Shown here one piece after another: positions 43,808-55,094 of a stretch of 64,000 nt of DNA. Position 1 is the stretch's first letter. Each line of letters opens with the position of its first letter. Source of the stretch: Antedon mediterranea (lineage: Eukaryota; Animalia; Echinodermata). The notes under the pieces were generated by a model that had not been told where the DNA came from, did not search any database, and was given only the letters and a program-made list of their open reading frames with translations. Position numbers and translations under genes: made by a program. The stretch covers positions 25,792,001 through 25,856,000 of the forward strand of contig NC_092674.1 in the NCBI RefSeq assembly GCF_964355755.1. Reading direction: 5' to 3'.

Positions 43808-46471
43808 TTTCTAAACCGCTTTACACACAAAAATCATCCATAAAAAGTAAACAAACAAAAAGAAGATAAACAGAGGAACCATATCCACTTGAGTGAAAAT
43901 GCATCTGTCTATTAATTATATTTGGTTGAAATTTAGTGCAGGACAAAAGTATATTAATTAGGGGTGGGGCATGATAGGGGCGGCACGCTCTCTCTTTTGA
44001 CAGCTAAAATCAAATTATGAACTACTTTTGTTTTTTTATCAAGAATAATATTATAGCCTATTAGCTCTCCAGTAGCGTATCCAGGATTTTTCCAAGGGCT
44101 AAATATTGTGAAAAGAAGTGCTGAGCTTAATTTTATGTCCCATCTTTTGAATTACAATTTGCAAAATGCAGGGGGCCCGGGCCGGCTGTCCGCAAACCCC
44201 CTGGATCCACCCCCTCCCCTCTGTTTATTTCTTTCTGGTATCAGTCATAAAAAGACAATTGGGATCTTACTTCTTTTCTTGATGAATCTAGCTTCACTCT
44301 AAACTTCTCACGTTCTTCCATTTCAATGTTACGACATTCATTTTCCTTGAATCTTGTAATCTGAAAATTTACAATATCTGATTATTAATTATTATTGATA
44401 TTATTATTACATTATGGTTTATATATTTTATTGGAAAATAAAAACTGAAACTGAATATCTGCATTTGATAATAAAACAAATTCAGGTTTTAAAAAAAATG
44501 TTGTAATCTGAAAATTTGATTCTTAATTAATTATTAATAATATTATATTTATTGATTGATATTATCATTACATTATGGTTTATATCTGTATTTGAATATA
44601 AAGCAAATTCAGATTAAAAAAATTAATTTTTAATAAATATACAACATTTTTGCAAATCCCTGCATTTTAGCTGACCTCAAGGTTAAGTTGTTCCTTTGAC
44701 CTTGTTTCAATTTCTCGTTGGAATGACAGCATCTTCTCAGTGATGACATTTGACCCTTGGAAATCTTCTCCTTGGGCTCGGCTCCGGAACTCTCTGTCAA
44801 CATCTTCAAGTTTATCAACTGAAAAAAAATAATTTTATTCAACATTTAGTTGGCTTACCTAATGAAGAATGTGAAGAAGGAACAGCTTGTACACCTTTTT
44901 GCTCTCTGACCCTCCAGAGTGGCTATTGACTATTTCATTATTCAAAATGTGCTGTTTCATTGTGTCACTTATATCATTTTTATAGATACTGTACAGTAAA
45001 TCCATAAAAGGTAATAATATGTCCATATTTAGTTTGCTTACCTAATGAAGAATGTGAAGAAAGGTCAGCTGTACACCTTTGCACTCTGACCCTAAACAGT
45101 GGCTATTGGGTATTTCATTAAAATGTGCTGTTTACATTGTGTCAATTATATCAACACATACTGTACAGTAAATCCGTAAAAGGTAATAACATGTCCATAT
45201 TTAGTTGGCTTACCTAATGAAGAATGTGAAGAAAGGTCAGCTTGTACACCTTTGCACTCTGACCCTCCAGAGTGGCTATTGGCTATTTCACATAATAGTT
45301 CCCAAAGAAAACCTGTGCAGTAAACAAAGCCACATTGAATAACAATAACTAATAAGGAATTAATGAAAATAAAAAGGATGAACTGATTATTGAATCCCAT
45401 TATGCATTGCTTTTTTAATTAAGTCTTGAAATAACATTAAAAAAACAAACCTTTTGAATGGTAAGTTGGCTGTGATGAGGCCTGCAACAAAATAATAATG
45501 AATAATTGTTGCATTGCCATACGTAGTGCACTATGTATTAGGAAACAAAATTTGACTATCAAATATTGGTAAATAGAGCTAAAATATGACTTACTATTTT
45601 TCTGTACAACTTAGAATCTGGATTTATTTTAAGTAACTGAAGAAGATCTTTTGTAGAAAAAAGCTGTAAAGAAAAAACTTTATTTATTTATTTTTTAAAA
45701 TTTATTATTTACACTATGTATTATGTCGGTGATTTTACATTTAATAATTAAATTAACAAATTCTAACAATGCTCACCTTGTCAGAAGCGGCACAACTCTC
45801 AGGCAAGAACACTGCTAATGAATATTCATACTGGCACCTTCGAAGGTGATCAGCAACAAGACTGTTAGATGCCCGATGAAGAAGTGAATTTTCTTCTTGA
45901 AGAGGCACTGTAGATTTAGAGAAATCTTGATTGAGGGCCGAGTTCCTGAGCTCAACTACTAACTTGCTTCTCAGTTGTGACTGAAAAGAAAGTTATTAAA
46001 GATCAAAGTTGAAAAGGAGGTCAAGGGTGAAAAGGAGGTTAAAGTTGAAATGGACGTCAAAGAAGCTACTCAAGAGTAGATGGTAACCACTTGTCACTTT
46101 TGTGATTTAAAGTTACTGTCATATTAGGGTCTAGGTCTAATACATTTATGAATCAGTATAGAACTGGCACAAAGTTCTGTTTTAATTTATTTTTTCAATT
46201 TTTTATCTGACAAGAGGACCAATTAAAGTGTGTTAGACAGCGGTTCTTTTTCAAATGATATTCTAGCTTGGCAGGGGGAGCTAAAGGATTCAAAAGTTGC
46301 GGGAATTAGGCAAATCACATGATTATGATAATGCATAATTATGAATTTATTTACTTTGACTTTTAAAAAAAGCATATTATTTACCTTTAGATTTTGAATC
46401 ACACCTCTTTCCTTGAATGATTGATAAAGCTTAGTTTTAAACTCATCTGAAGTAAATTCAGCTTCCTCCAT
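32867..46471 (-). CDS. OFD1: OFD1 centriolar/ciliary protein (LisH plus coiled coils), about 1130 aa traced; terminal exon unresolved
   Basis: 24 phase-consistent GT-AG coding exons (high to low): 46471-46385, 45980-45777, 45663-45595, 45481-45451, 45312-45214, 44818-44676, 44360-44271, 43733-43650, 43037-42931, 42826-42707, 41662-41589, 41344-41253, 40184-40039, 39246-39203, 38830-38667, 37859-37699, 37053-36804, 36419-36278, 35913-35757, 35213-34795, 34498-34181, 33964-33813, 33519-33352, 32943-32867. The N-terminus KLYQSFKERGVIQNLKSQLRSKLVVEL...ASNSLVADHLRRCQYEYSLAVFLPES and the C-terminal DPIMQKYMKMVQE match OFD1. Confidence 0.93.
33150..33252. mobile_element. Short palindromic MITE-like element
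   Basis: Inverted arms aataacgagaggcaagc.atgat..aacgtttt and aaaacgtt..atcatggcttgtctctcgttatt. Confidence 0.6.
33542..33683. mobile_element. MITE family A, intact copy (further copies or fragments at 7571-7630, 32380-32459, 34045-34170, 36572-36734, 38530-38625, 40380-40510)
   Basis: TIR aagctctgtctacactatc...gatagtgtagataaggctt with the conserved core gtgatgtgcccaaatatggtagtgatatgacatcatcatgtccatatatgggcacatcac. Confidence 0.85.
34555..34750 (+). mobile_element. 5'-truncated Deu/Nin-domain SINE
   Basis: ggataaggactataaac.gtaggtccagtgtacac...ttaaagaacc...gagta..ggtttaccccggtg is shared with 54577-54935. Confidence 0.7.
35268..35718 (+). repeat. 20-bp minisatellite (tgcaatttgacatcccaaca)n in an OFD1 intron
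   Basis: Directly visible tandem units; the source of several spurious ORFs at 35303-35795. Confidence 0.95.
37315..37390 (-). mobile_element. Degenerate tRNA-derived SINE head
   Basis: The reverse strand has an A-box-like tggcttggtggtta and a B-box-like gggttgaagtccc, but no intact cloverleaf. Similar remnants lie at about 36085-36140 and 37145-37200. Confidence 0.45.
41739..42316 (-). mobile_element. Non-autonomous Helitron
   Basis: The minus strand starts A|TCtatatata and ends CTAG|T, with a GC-rich sub-terminal hairpin (ctagatggtacgc...gcgtaccatctag) and no target duplication. Confidence 0.75.
43108..43368 (+). mobile_element. 5S rRNA-derived SINE, copy 2 (more diverged)
   Basis: The 5S-like head gtcta.atggcc.tattacgttgaaacactggttttcgt...accgaagttaa...gggcctgtttagagctt is followed by the body ggcatttgaaatcagcact.ctgactc.tatggcagcccc...ctctggtcaaggtgggcactg...ttgatcaatg.taggaccaa, shared with copy 1. 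Confidence 0.8.
44845..45295 (-). repeat. Triplication of the 3' part of OFD1 coding exon 5 plus its donor site (~175-bp unit)
   Basis: cttacctaatgaagaatgtgaagaa...gtacaccttt..ctctgaccct...gtggctattg occurs at about 44855, 45037 and 45209. Only the last copy has the upstream cag acceptor and an open frame. Confidence 0.85.
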
Positions 46472-46869
46472 TTTAGGTAATAATATACTGTAAATTCAAA
46501 GCATTAAATAGTTACTGGATAGGCCTACTGACACTTACTTAATTTTTCTCTTAAAAAAGTAAAAAGAATTGTCATTGAAATCAACAAGATTTCATACTTT
46601 AAAAAAAGTTGACAACCTTGTTTTATCCTTATTTAACAGTCTGACCAGTGTACCAGTTTTTCTACCAAATTTATATTAAAATACTAGACTAGGCCCAGTA
46701 GGGGCCTATCAGCTAGATCGGGCCCAGGAAGGTAGGGTATTGGGCAGCCTCGTCGGCGTGTTCGGATTGATAGGCCTAGCCTAGGCTAGGTTCGTCAATT
46801 CATCCTATAATACAGTCTAATTCTTATGACGGCTCTAATTGAATATATTTCCGGATCTAATATCCTTAC

Positions 46870-47010
46870 CTTTTAGATCACAACTATACTTTGCATTTTC
46901 TCTATTATCAAAGAAGCGAAGAAACAACAACAGGGAGGCACAGAGATAATATCAAAGATATATTTTTCAAAACAATGTTTACGGAAAACGAATCTCCCCA
47001 ATAGGCGGCG
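46870..47010 (-). promoter_or_regulatory. Probable OFD1 non-coding first exon and promoter
   Basis: Donor aag|gtaagg at 46870 pairs with acceptor tttacag| at 46487, just before the ATG. A GC-richer patch (ggcggcgcta) lies near 47005. Confidence 0.5.
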
Positions 47011-47560
47011 CTATTCAAAATATCAAAAGATGTTATTTTTAGTGCGACTCTATAGTTCACTATGTCGGTCTGTCTGTCTGTCGGTCCGGTATCACTATGC
47101 GTTTTAGCACGCGACTTATGGCTGTTGGCCTTGTTGTTTGTACACCGTGCTTTTTTTTTTATTTTTGGTGGATGCACTCAATTATTTTTATAATAAATAC
47201 ACACAGCAGTATTTTAAATAGAAAATAATAGATTAATTTAAATAATAGAAACATTTAATTTATAACACAAATTCAGAATGTATAAAAAAAGAAAAAAAAA
47301 ACAGTACTAAAGTTCAATAAAACAATTTATTTTCACATTTTATGTAAACTGTTACCCAGTTGAAGTATAGTACTAAAATTATTATAAAGTTAGCAAAATT
47401 GTACTTTCTTTGTTTTTATTTTTGAGCAGTCTTTTGTTTTTAAAGCGAACACAGCAACTTTAAATATAACAAGTCTGTTGGATATCTAGATCTTCTTCAA
47501 TAAACAATTGTATTTGGTTTTCATTTTTTATTATTCTTTTAAAACTGTGAAAGTTTTACT

Positions 47561-48505
47561 TTAGAATTCTAACCATTCATTCATGTAAACACAGTTTGAT
47601 GGGGAAATAGCGCCACCTTCATGGCATTGATCAAATACGGGGCAAACTCCGCATGGTACACGCACAAGTCCAGTCGGTTCTATTAGCTTCCCAACGGCCC
47701 GATACAACTTGACCTCACCAGCGTCGGATGACCCTCCTTGCCCGGCCATTATTGTCATTTCGACACTTCCATCGAAGATTAAAGTGTTTAAAATTGTCTC
47801 TATATCATCTACAGAAAGTTCTACTTTACTTATTCCCAACTCGGAAATGTACTTCCAAACTTCTTTTGACGATGCAAATGATTTTAGTTGAACACTTAGA
47901 GGTTCCAGTTGCATTTTTTTTGCAAGTTCAACTTTTTGACTCAAAAATTTCAAACACTGCTGGTTTAAAACATCGACAAATTCTGCTTCAAAGTCTTGAT
48001 CACTGTACCACGCGCCACCCGTTACGCTGCGGTCAGGCTGTATGTTATACAACATGTAAACTTTCTTCTTTGAGGCGCCAACTGATTTCACCGCTTTGAT
48101 TAGTTTTCGTGTTTCTAAGTTTTTCAGGATTTTATTCACTTGAGTTTGAAGAATATTACTGCGATATCGGATGTCGCGTATCCAAATTCCTTTATTTCCA
48201 GATTCTTCAATTATTTGATATACCAGTTTTTCTTGGTTATCTGCACCTTTAATTTTAGCAGACGATGTTGGATCTTTAGCCCTGTACATTAACTCTGTAC
48301 TTGTCTTGACTAGGTCGATTTTACCCGTGGAAAGCAGCCTGTTGATGGCCGAAACACGTTGCTGAGCACCCACGTCTGGTAGGTGCTTCTGAATAACGGA
48401 GTCGGCTACACCTTTTGAGTTTTGCCTACAAAGTTCCATAATTCTAACTTCAAGCTCCATGACGTCAGTAGGTTCTTGTTTTACTGAAGTACTTGAAGAA
48501 GCCAT
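47561..48505 (-). CDS. POLR3F: DNA-directed RNA polymerase III subunit RPC6 (RPC39/C34), single coding exon, 314 aa
   Basis: Complete ORF with the hallmarks GNKGIWIRDIR, LKNLETRKLIKAVKSV...KKKVYMLY, SVTGGAWYSDQDFEAEFV and the C-terminal Fe-S motif PCGVCPVFDQC...ISPSNCVYM..WL. Confidence 0.96.
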   Translation of the reverse strand: MASSSTSVKQEPTDVMELEVRIMELCRQNSKGVADSVIQKHLPDVGAQQRVSAINRLLSTGKIDLVKTSTELMYRAKDPTSSAKIKGADNQEKLVYQIIEESGNKGIWIRDIRYRSNILQTQVNKILKNLETRKLIKAVKSVGASKKKVYMLYNIQPDRSVTGGAWYSDQDFEAEFVDVLNQQCLKFLSQKVELAKKMQLEPLSVQLKSFASSKEVWKYISELGISKVELSVDDIETILNTLIFDGSVEMTIMAGQGGSSDAGEVKLYRAVGKLIEPTGLVRVPCGVCPVFDQCHEGGAISPSNCVYMNEWLEF

Positions 48506-49397
48506 TTTAAGGTCTCTTAAATTGATAATGGTTATTTTACAGAAGATACTGTAAATGAGCTAGCTGCTCTCTAATCTATCCTCATGTTTATAATTTTGGT
48601 CAAAGTTCATTCATTCATAAATAATCTTAGGTTGAGGGCGCTAGACATGAACACGTACTTTTAGGTTCAATGTCTAGCGCCATCACCTTAAACAAAGACA
48701 AAATTACTGAAAAATATTATTCCCCTTCACTAGGTTCTGTTTCCACGGACCAGCTTCTTAACTCGGTAGTATAACTGAATATAAAAAGTTCAAATAACGT
48801 TCAAAAGTCAGCCATAACAAATATTATCCTTTTATTTAGATTTAAATATAGTTGTCAGACCTTTTTTGTTGTAATAAAATGAATTCTCAGACGCATGGAG
48901 AAAGCGGATGTAAACAAGTTATATTGCTCAATAAAGGTACCCATACAGTTACCGTTAGCTTTTACCTTACGCCAAAAAAAGAATGCAGTCATTCCATAGA
49001 GCTGGAATTATGTCCCCAATAAAACATTTAAAATAGTACGTTTTAGTCTGATGAAGTGTTTGTGAGTGTGCCATTTGAATTTAAGAATAGCCTACAAAGG
49101 AAGTATTTAGGTTGTGAAAAACTTCAATCTGGAATGGCGCCAGTCCCCTTTAACAACAAATTCAATAATTCCATATGGATTCGTGATAGAAAACATTTTT
49201 ATACTCGAACAAACTTAAAAATATTAAATAAGATTTATGAATAATTATTATACATTGACAACTCCATAGGTTCAAACATTGTTTTATTCTACCAAATCAC
49301 AACAAATCAGATACAAAGTTGGAACAATGTGAATTCTGATTAATTATTGTCCTTTAGACGACCGGCCATTCTGTAGGCTCTCTACATCGGTATGTTT

Positions 49398-49469
49398 GGC
49401 TCGTTGGTCTAGTGGTATGATTCTCGCTTCGGGTGCGAGAGGTCCCGGGTTCAACTCCCGGACGAGCCC
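49398..49469 (+). tRNA. tRNA-Pro(CGG)
   Basis: GGCTCGTTGGTCTAGTGGTATGATTCTCGCTTCGGGTGCGAGAGGTCCCGGGTTCAACTCCCGGACGAGCCC forms a canonical cloverleaf with anticodon loop TTCGGGT; a T4 terminator follows. Confidence 0.97.
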
Positions 49470-49817
49470 ATTTTGTATCCTTTTGTTCTGTTGAAAGAGA
49501 ACATATTGTAAGTATTTTTTCCTTAATCTATAGCGTCACTGCAACTAACGGATCAGATTGTTGTAAATGGTATTATGAGAGAACTTTCTTCCTGTTTTAA
49601 AGTATTTGATGGTCTTTTCCATCTTATTTTCTTCCTTTGTTATCGTTTTATACTTATATGAGTTTATGAGTTTGCCACTGTTTGGGAGAAATTTGTAATT
49701 TCTGTCTAAACAGTTACTGAAGGCAGGACGCAGGAGGTCATATTGTCTATCTGGACGGTCACATTACTTCAAAGCATCCACATAGATTGGCGTGATGTAG
49801 GCACCTTTAGTATATAT

Positions 49818-49889
49818 GGCTCGTTGGTCTAGTGGTATGATTCTCGCTTCGGGTGCGAGAGGTCCCGGGTTCAACTCCCGGACAAGCCC
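49818..49889 (+). tRNA. tRNA-Pro(CGG), variant with an acceptor-stem mismatch
   Basis: Same as the other copies except the 3' strand is ACAAGCC instead of ACGAGCC, giving a C:A mismatch; a T6 terminator follows. Confidence 0.9.
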
Positions 49890-50208
49890 TTTTTTGTTCC
49901 GTTAACATTGACCATTATTGTAGGCCTACCAATGTGTTATCTTGGATTGATTCCAACACCCACATTATAATTCGGGTAAAAGAAAAGTGTTGGTTATTGT
50001 AAAACAAGTTAGTGGATGATCAGATGACGCACTAAAAATATCAATTTTACAAGCCTATCTATTAATTTTTTTTATTTCGTTTTCTAAATAAATAAGATTG
50101 AAAAATAACAACTCGAAACTACAACTTTGTAACGACGCTACTCCAGTATATTATTGAGTTATTTCTTTCGTTTAATCGTCTTTTTTTACAGAACACTTAA
50201 CGTCTTCC

Positions 50209-52813
50209 TTAAGCCTCATTTTTCTTTCTTTTGTGGAAAAACGAATTACAAATAGCATATATAACATAACATAATAACACACGCAAAGAAGTCACTTACT
50301 TTAGATGTTTTAATAATAACAGCTTCTTATCTTAAAACATAGATATAGGTAATATTCTATCGAATCAAAGACATAGCAATGTCCAAAAGCTCGTGAAAAG
50401 TAAGTAAACTTGATTTAATGTTATACAGAAAATTAATGTCATTTCATCTGATACATTATGATGTGAAATCTACTGTATCAAATCTACTATGCTATCATAC
50501 GCCTATTTATTACTAATTAGTTGTATTGGTTTGATAAAACGAAAAGTTCTGCGTAGTTCAATATTCGTCAAAACGTTACTGAAAAAAAATATAAGAATCA
50601 GAATAAAATTAGAGGCTAAATAGTATCGAAAGTTTTGGATACGAATTTTTTTATTCATATTATTTTAACAGTAATATAGCATGTCAACTAACTTACCATA
50701 CGCTTCTTTCGTGACATTACCAATTTCTATAACAAAAATATCGAATAAATATAATTATGTTATATAATATTGTTTGATTATTTAATTAACTCATTGTGTA
50801 CCTTGGATGAGTCGTCTACAAGAAAATAATTAAAGTCATGTGATTTGTCAATTACGTCACGTTCGTCTATCATGGCAAAATAGAGATTTTTCTTAGTATA
50901 AATATGTATCCTGCATTAGTTTAATTGTGTACTTTCTTTTAACAGTATAATAAGATTCTGAATCTTCTGATTAAAGACTTACCTTTTCATATAGTCATCT
51001 TTTTTTCCAACGTTACCAAAATCTGTAACAAATGCATCGAAAGATGTTAATAATAAATTTTCTTTTTTTGTGATTTTAATACATGACACCTTTTCTTCAA
51101 TAAATTCTAAATCAAGTTAATCGACGTAAACAACTTACCAATGGCTTCTTCTCTAATTTTACCAGAAGCTGTTGACAAAATAAAACAATTACAATATCAA
51201 TTCTAGTCTAGATTCAGACAGCCTAGACAATATGTCGGTCGGTTGGTTGGTTAGTTGGTCGGTCGGTAAAAACTAAAACTAAAATTTACGCACGCGGATG
51301 CAGTCATGTATATGACCTTGTTACAGCAATATTATTCATATTAGTTAATTAGTTATTTTATGAGACTTACCTTTAGCTTCTCTCTCCATTCTACCAGAAG
51401 CTGATGACAAATGAAATGTATTAATAGATTAAGTTTAGTCGACGGTGTTTAAAAGTTGTTTTCGTATTATATAAAGAAAATACTTTAAGTTAAATCTGCA
51501 GAGTCATGAGTTTGTATTGCACGATGACCTAAAGTATGAAATAATATTCAAAGATTTGCATCGCGAATTAAAAATATTATAGTAAGAGTCAGGTTTGCTG
51601 TACACCTTTGTTGCTGAAACGGAAATAATACAGTTTGAGGATGTCTCAACTTCACTACCTTTTCGAGAACATGGTGTAGTACTTCAAACTTAATAGTTTA
51701 ATTTCAAATTACAAACATACCATGAAGCATGTTCCCCTTGTTTATCTGCGGAGTGTTATCTATGAATTTAATGAAAATAATATAATTATACGGATACGAT
51801 ACTGATACGATACAAAATTATAAAGGGGTTAAAATTAAACTACAACAGCTTTTCATTGTGGCCACCTCAGCACTCTCTGTACATGTACTTTTGCCATGAA
51901 CATGTTCACTAACCCCATCCATTGCTGTGTCGTGTGATTATTATAACTAACAATGAAAGAAATTCCTCTTTTTGAATTTAACTATTATTATTATTATTGT
52001 ATAACAATGTCTGGCTCATTTGAGTTACAGAAAAATACTTTGCTTAAGCTTCCTCCGCCCAGCATTTTTGATGAATATTGTTTGGATTGTAATAATGATT
52101 TTGATTAAACAAACGAAACGATATAGATAGATATTCTGATTGTTGTAACAAAGAGGCCACTTTATGGTAGAATGGTTTATCGGTATTCAAAAAAATAGTT
52201 TGAACTTTCGGCTCCAACTGCTGATTTTTTTTAATGAGTTTGGCTTTCATTGCGTGAGATTCACTAAAGAGTAACTTATTCAGAGATAGTTTTATATTTA
52301 TACTTACCTACTTTTCCCATAAGCAAGGCGTCAGTGGTTAAGGTGCCGACTGTAAAGTCTGGTGTTAAACGAAAGAAATGAGACAGAGAGACAACCATGT
52401 AAGTTACGATTAGTACAAGTGTTTAATGGCAAAACAACACGTCCTTTATATACAGTAATACCTAGCACGCCACCACTCAGGTGTGTATGCAAATTGGGGT
52501 CTAGCGCCACCATATTACATCCCTCTTATCGACAAAAATAGAAAGTTTTTTTTTAGATTTTTTAGAATATAAACATTTAGAATATATAACAACATCCCCT
52601 TCACAGCAAACTTGAAACTACTAGCAAAATATCATACAGTCAAAAAAAAAACCAGAATTACCACGAGGACTTGCAGACTAAAATTGATAGAGGTCTATTT
52701 TATAAATATTTATTTATTAACTAAACATAAAAACAATAGTCCATATATGCCTATACTTTACACGCCTTTAATCAGAATTAATTGAACTTTACTTACCGCC
52801 GAGAAGAGATCAT
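50209..52813 (-). pseudogene. Micro-exon secreted-peptide gene, copy A (signal-peptide exon interrupted by a ~300-bp insertion)
   Basis: Exons: 52813-52797, [52677-52652 + 52349-52308], 51759-51721, 51400-51371, 51168-51139, 51022-50983, 50815-50802, 50726-50697, 50330-50300, 50227-50209 (TAA). They read MISSRRLQVLVVIL//GTLTTDALLMGKV-DNTPQINKGNMLH-ASGRMEREAK-ASGKIREEAI-DFGNVGKKDDYMKR-RLIQ-EIGNVTKEAY-DKKLLLLKHLK-KKNEA*. Splice phases all join except across the insertion. Confidence 0.62.
52348..52651. mobile_element. Insertion with 7-bp TIR (GACTGTA...TACAGTC) plus an A10 run in the copy A signal exon
   Basis: Absent from the matching exon of copy B (57736-57806), which is contiguous there. 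Confidence 0.7.
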
Positions 52814-53638
52814 AATGCCAACTAAGTGTGTACAAGTTAATACAACTAAATCTGAAGTAATATTTAAACAAATGCGTCACAAATGTAACTGTTAGTATAG
52901 TCTATATAAAGTTAATATACAGAATATTCTATTTTAAAATAAGGGGTTAGAATATCTATATATATATATAGCCATTTAAGATTCAGTTTTGGTGTTTAAA
53001 GCTCAATTGTAAGTTATATTATCTTGCAATTGCCCAGAGGCGATGGAGGTATAATTTACGACACTTGTACCTTTTCAATTATGGTATATTAAATGATAAC
53101 GTTACTTTCCATTTCTTCTTTCTGAATTTGTTATGGACTAATCTATTCAGATAATTTTCACAATTGCATTTTCTCTCCATTAAATAAAATAATCAATCGC
53201 ATCTACTGAATGCAGTGCTTTTATTCATTCTTTTATTCAGCTTAGCCTACCGTGTCCATGGCTCTTCTTTAAGATTTTAAGAGAAACAATAAACAAATAT
53301 CAAAAGGGAATTATTTGTCCAATGCTACTGGATCTAAAATAAAAACCATACCATCAACTTGTTGTAAGCTATATATTCTACACTAGCAAAGTAGAACAAA
53401 CTGTTGTTTGCCATTATGATAATGTGCATGTTTTGTGTTTGATAGGCCTATATTTAAGTAAATTACTAGTTGTCTATTTGGAGGAAACTCAAGCAAACTC
53501 GAGCAAACTTTGTCATTAACACGTTTCCCAAAGTTTGCTAGTGTAGACCAGTTGTACACTACAGTATACAATCAAATAGTCTCGAAACTCTAGCATGATT
53601 GTTAGATGGACATTGTGTAGGCTACCCATGATATAATT

Positions 53639-53710
53639 GGCTCGTTGGTCTAGTGGTATGATTCTCGCTTCGGGTGCGAGAGGTCCCGGGTTCAACTCCC
53701 GGACGAGCCC
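53639..53710 (+). tRNA. tRNA-Pro(CGG)
   Basis: Identical to 49398-49469; a T9 terminator follows. Confidence 0.97.
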
Positions 53711-54576
53711 CTTTTTTTTTGTCCTTCTTGTTTTGTTAAAAGAGAATATATTGTAACAAAGTATTTTTGCCTTAACCTAACAGCGTCATTGCAACTAACG
53801 GAATAGAAGTATGTCGACTTGTAAGCGGTATTATGAGAGGACTCTTGTTCCTGTTTTAAAGTATTTTATGGTCTTTTCCATCTTATTTACTTCATTTGTT
53901 TTCGTTTTATACAGTACATTACCGTCATTTTCACGCTAGCTTTTCTTCCTCCGTGTGAGGCTACTTTGGGAAACGATAATAACTATACCCGACTGTTTGT
54001 AGCCTAGATATGACACAGGACACTAACACGATAAATCGCGGTTCCCAATTGGACGCATGACGCAACGACAGGTACGACGAAAGTAAGTTAACTAATTACA
54101 AACAGTATTTTGGATGATCTATCGCGTCGTGATTGGTCAAATTACTTTTTCCCTGCGCTGCAAAATAGGAGGACAAAATAACACAGAAGCAAAGAAGTCA
54201 CTTACTATAGATGTTTAATAAAATAAAAGCTTCTGAGCTTAAAACATAGAATATTAATAATTATCTATGAAATAAAGTGTCCGAAAGCATGTCAAAAATA
54301 ATTTTTTTTCAGTATAATTCAGTTTTAAAATTCATTACATAGCTTGATAATCTATAGAGTACACTTTACTAAAACAAATCCATACATAATAATCATACGC
54401 CTATTTCTATTACTAATTCAATGTTATTATATTGGTTGGATAAAAGGAAAGTTCTGCGGAGTTCAATATTCGTCAGAATAATCACTGAAAAAAAAAGAAG
54501 AAAAGAAATAGAGGTTAAATTTATAATATCGAAAGTTATCAAAATTGTTTCTATTCATTAATCGTTTAACATTAAC

Positions 54577-54935
54577 AGCGAGTCATATGGCCGAGCGGTT
54601 AAGGCAGGGGCGCCGTTTACCGTATCTAAAGAGCCAACAACAACATCGGCAAGGGTTCGAGGCCGACTCGCTCCTAGTTCTGGTGGTGGAACAAGTCTTC
54701 TCGGATAAGGACTATAAACCGTAGGTCCAGTGTACACAGTTATAACCTGTGTGTACTTTAAAGAACCCAGTTCATTATTCGAAAAAGAGTAGGGGGTTAC
54801 CCCGGTGAACTGGTTCACACAATAGCCCCTGTATCAGGAGGATTACCACCTATCTGATAGGACAGTGATTAATTCACTATTGGTAATCCTTGGCCACATT
54901 GCCTAAAGACATAAAATAAAATAAAAATAAATAAA
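54577..54935 (+). mobile_element. Full-length tRNA-derived SINE with a Deu/Nin-like central domain
   Basis: A box tggccgagcggttaagg, B box ggttcgaggcc, central cggataaggactataaaccgtaggtcc...ttaaagaaccc...aagagtagggggttaccccggtg, and a (taaaa)n tail. It is absent from the matching position in cassette copy A. Confidence 0.8.
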
Positions 54936-55094
54936 TAACAGTAGGCCTATAACATATTATGTGAAGCAACCATAGAAGAGGAAAAAATAGGCACAGCCTA
55001 CCCGCTTTTCTTTTGCGACGTTACCAATATCTGTAAAACACATTTAAATAACATGTTATCACAATAACTGTTTGTAAACTTTGTATTGTATACA

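Noticed and set aside
47709-48099. Plus-strand ORFs overlapping POLR3F
   Set aside because: Antisense shadows of the real CDS with no recognisable motifs.
54558-54818. 86-aa ORF or possible tRNA-Ser/Leu gene
   Set aside because: It is the antisense of a tRNA-derived SINE; the head has A and B boxes but no valid cloverleaf.
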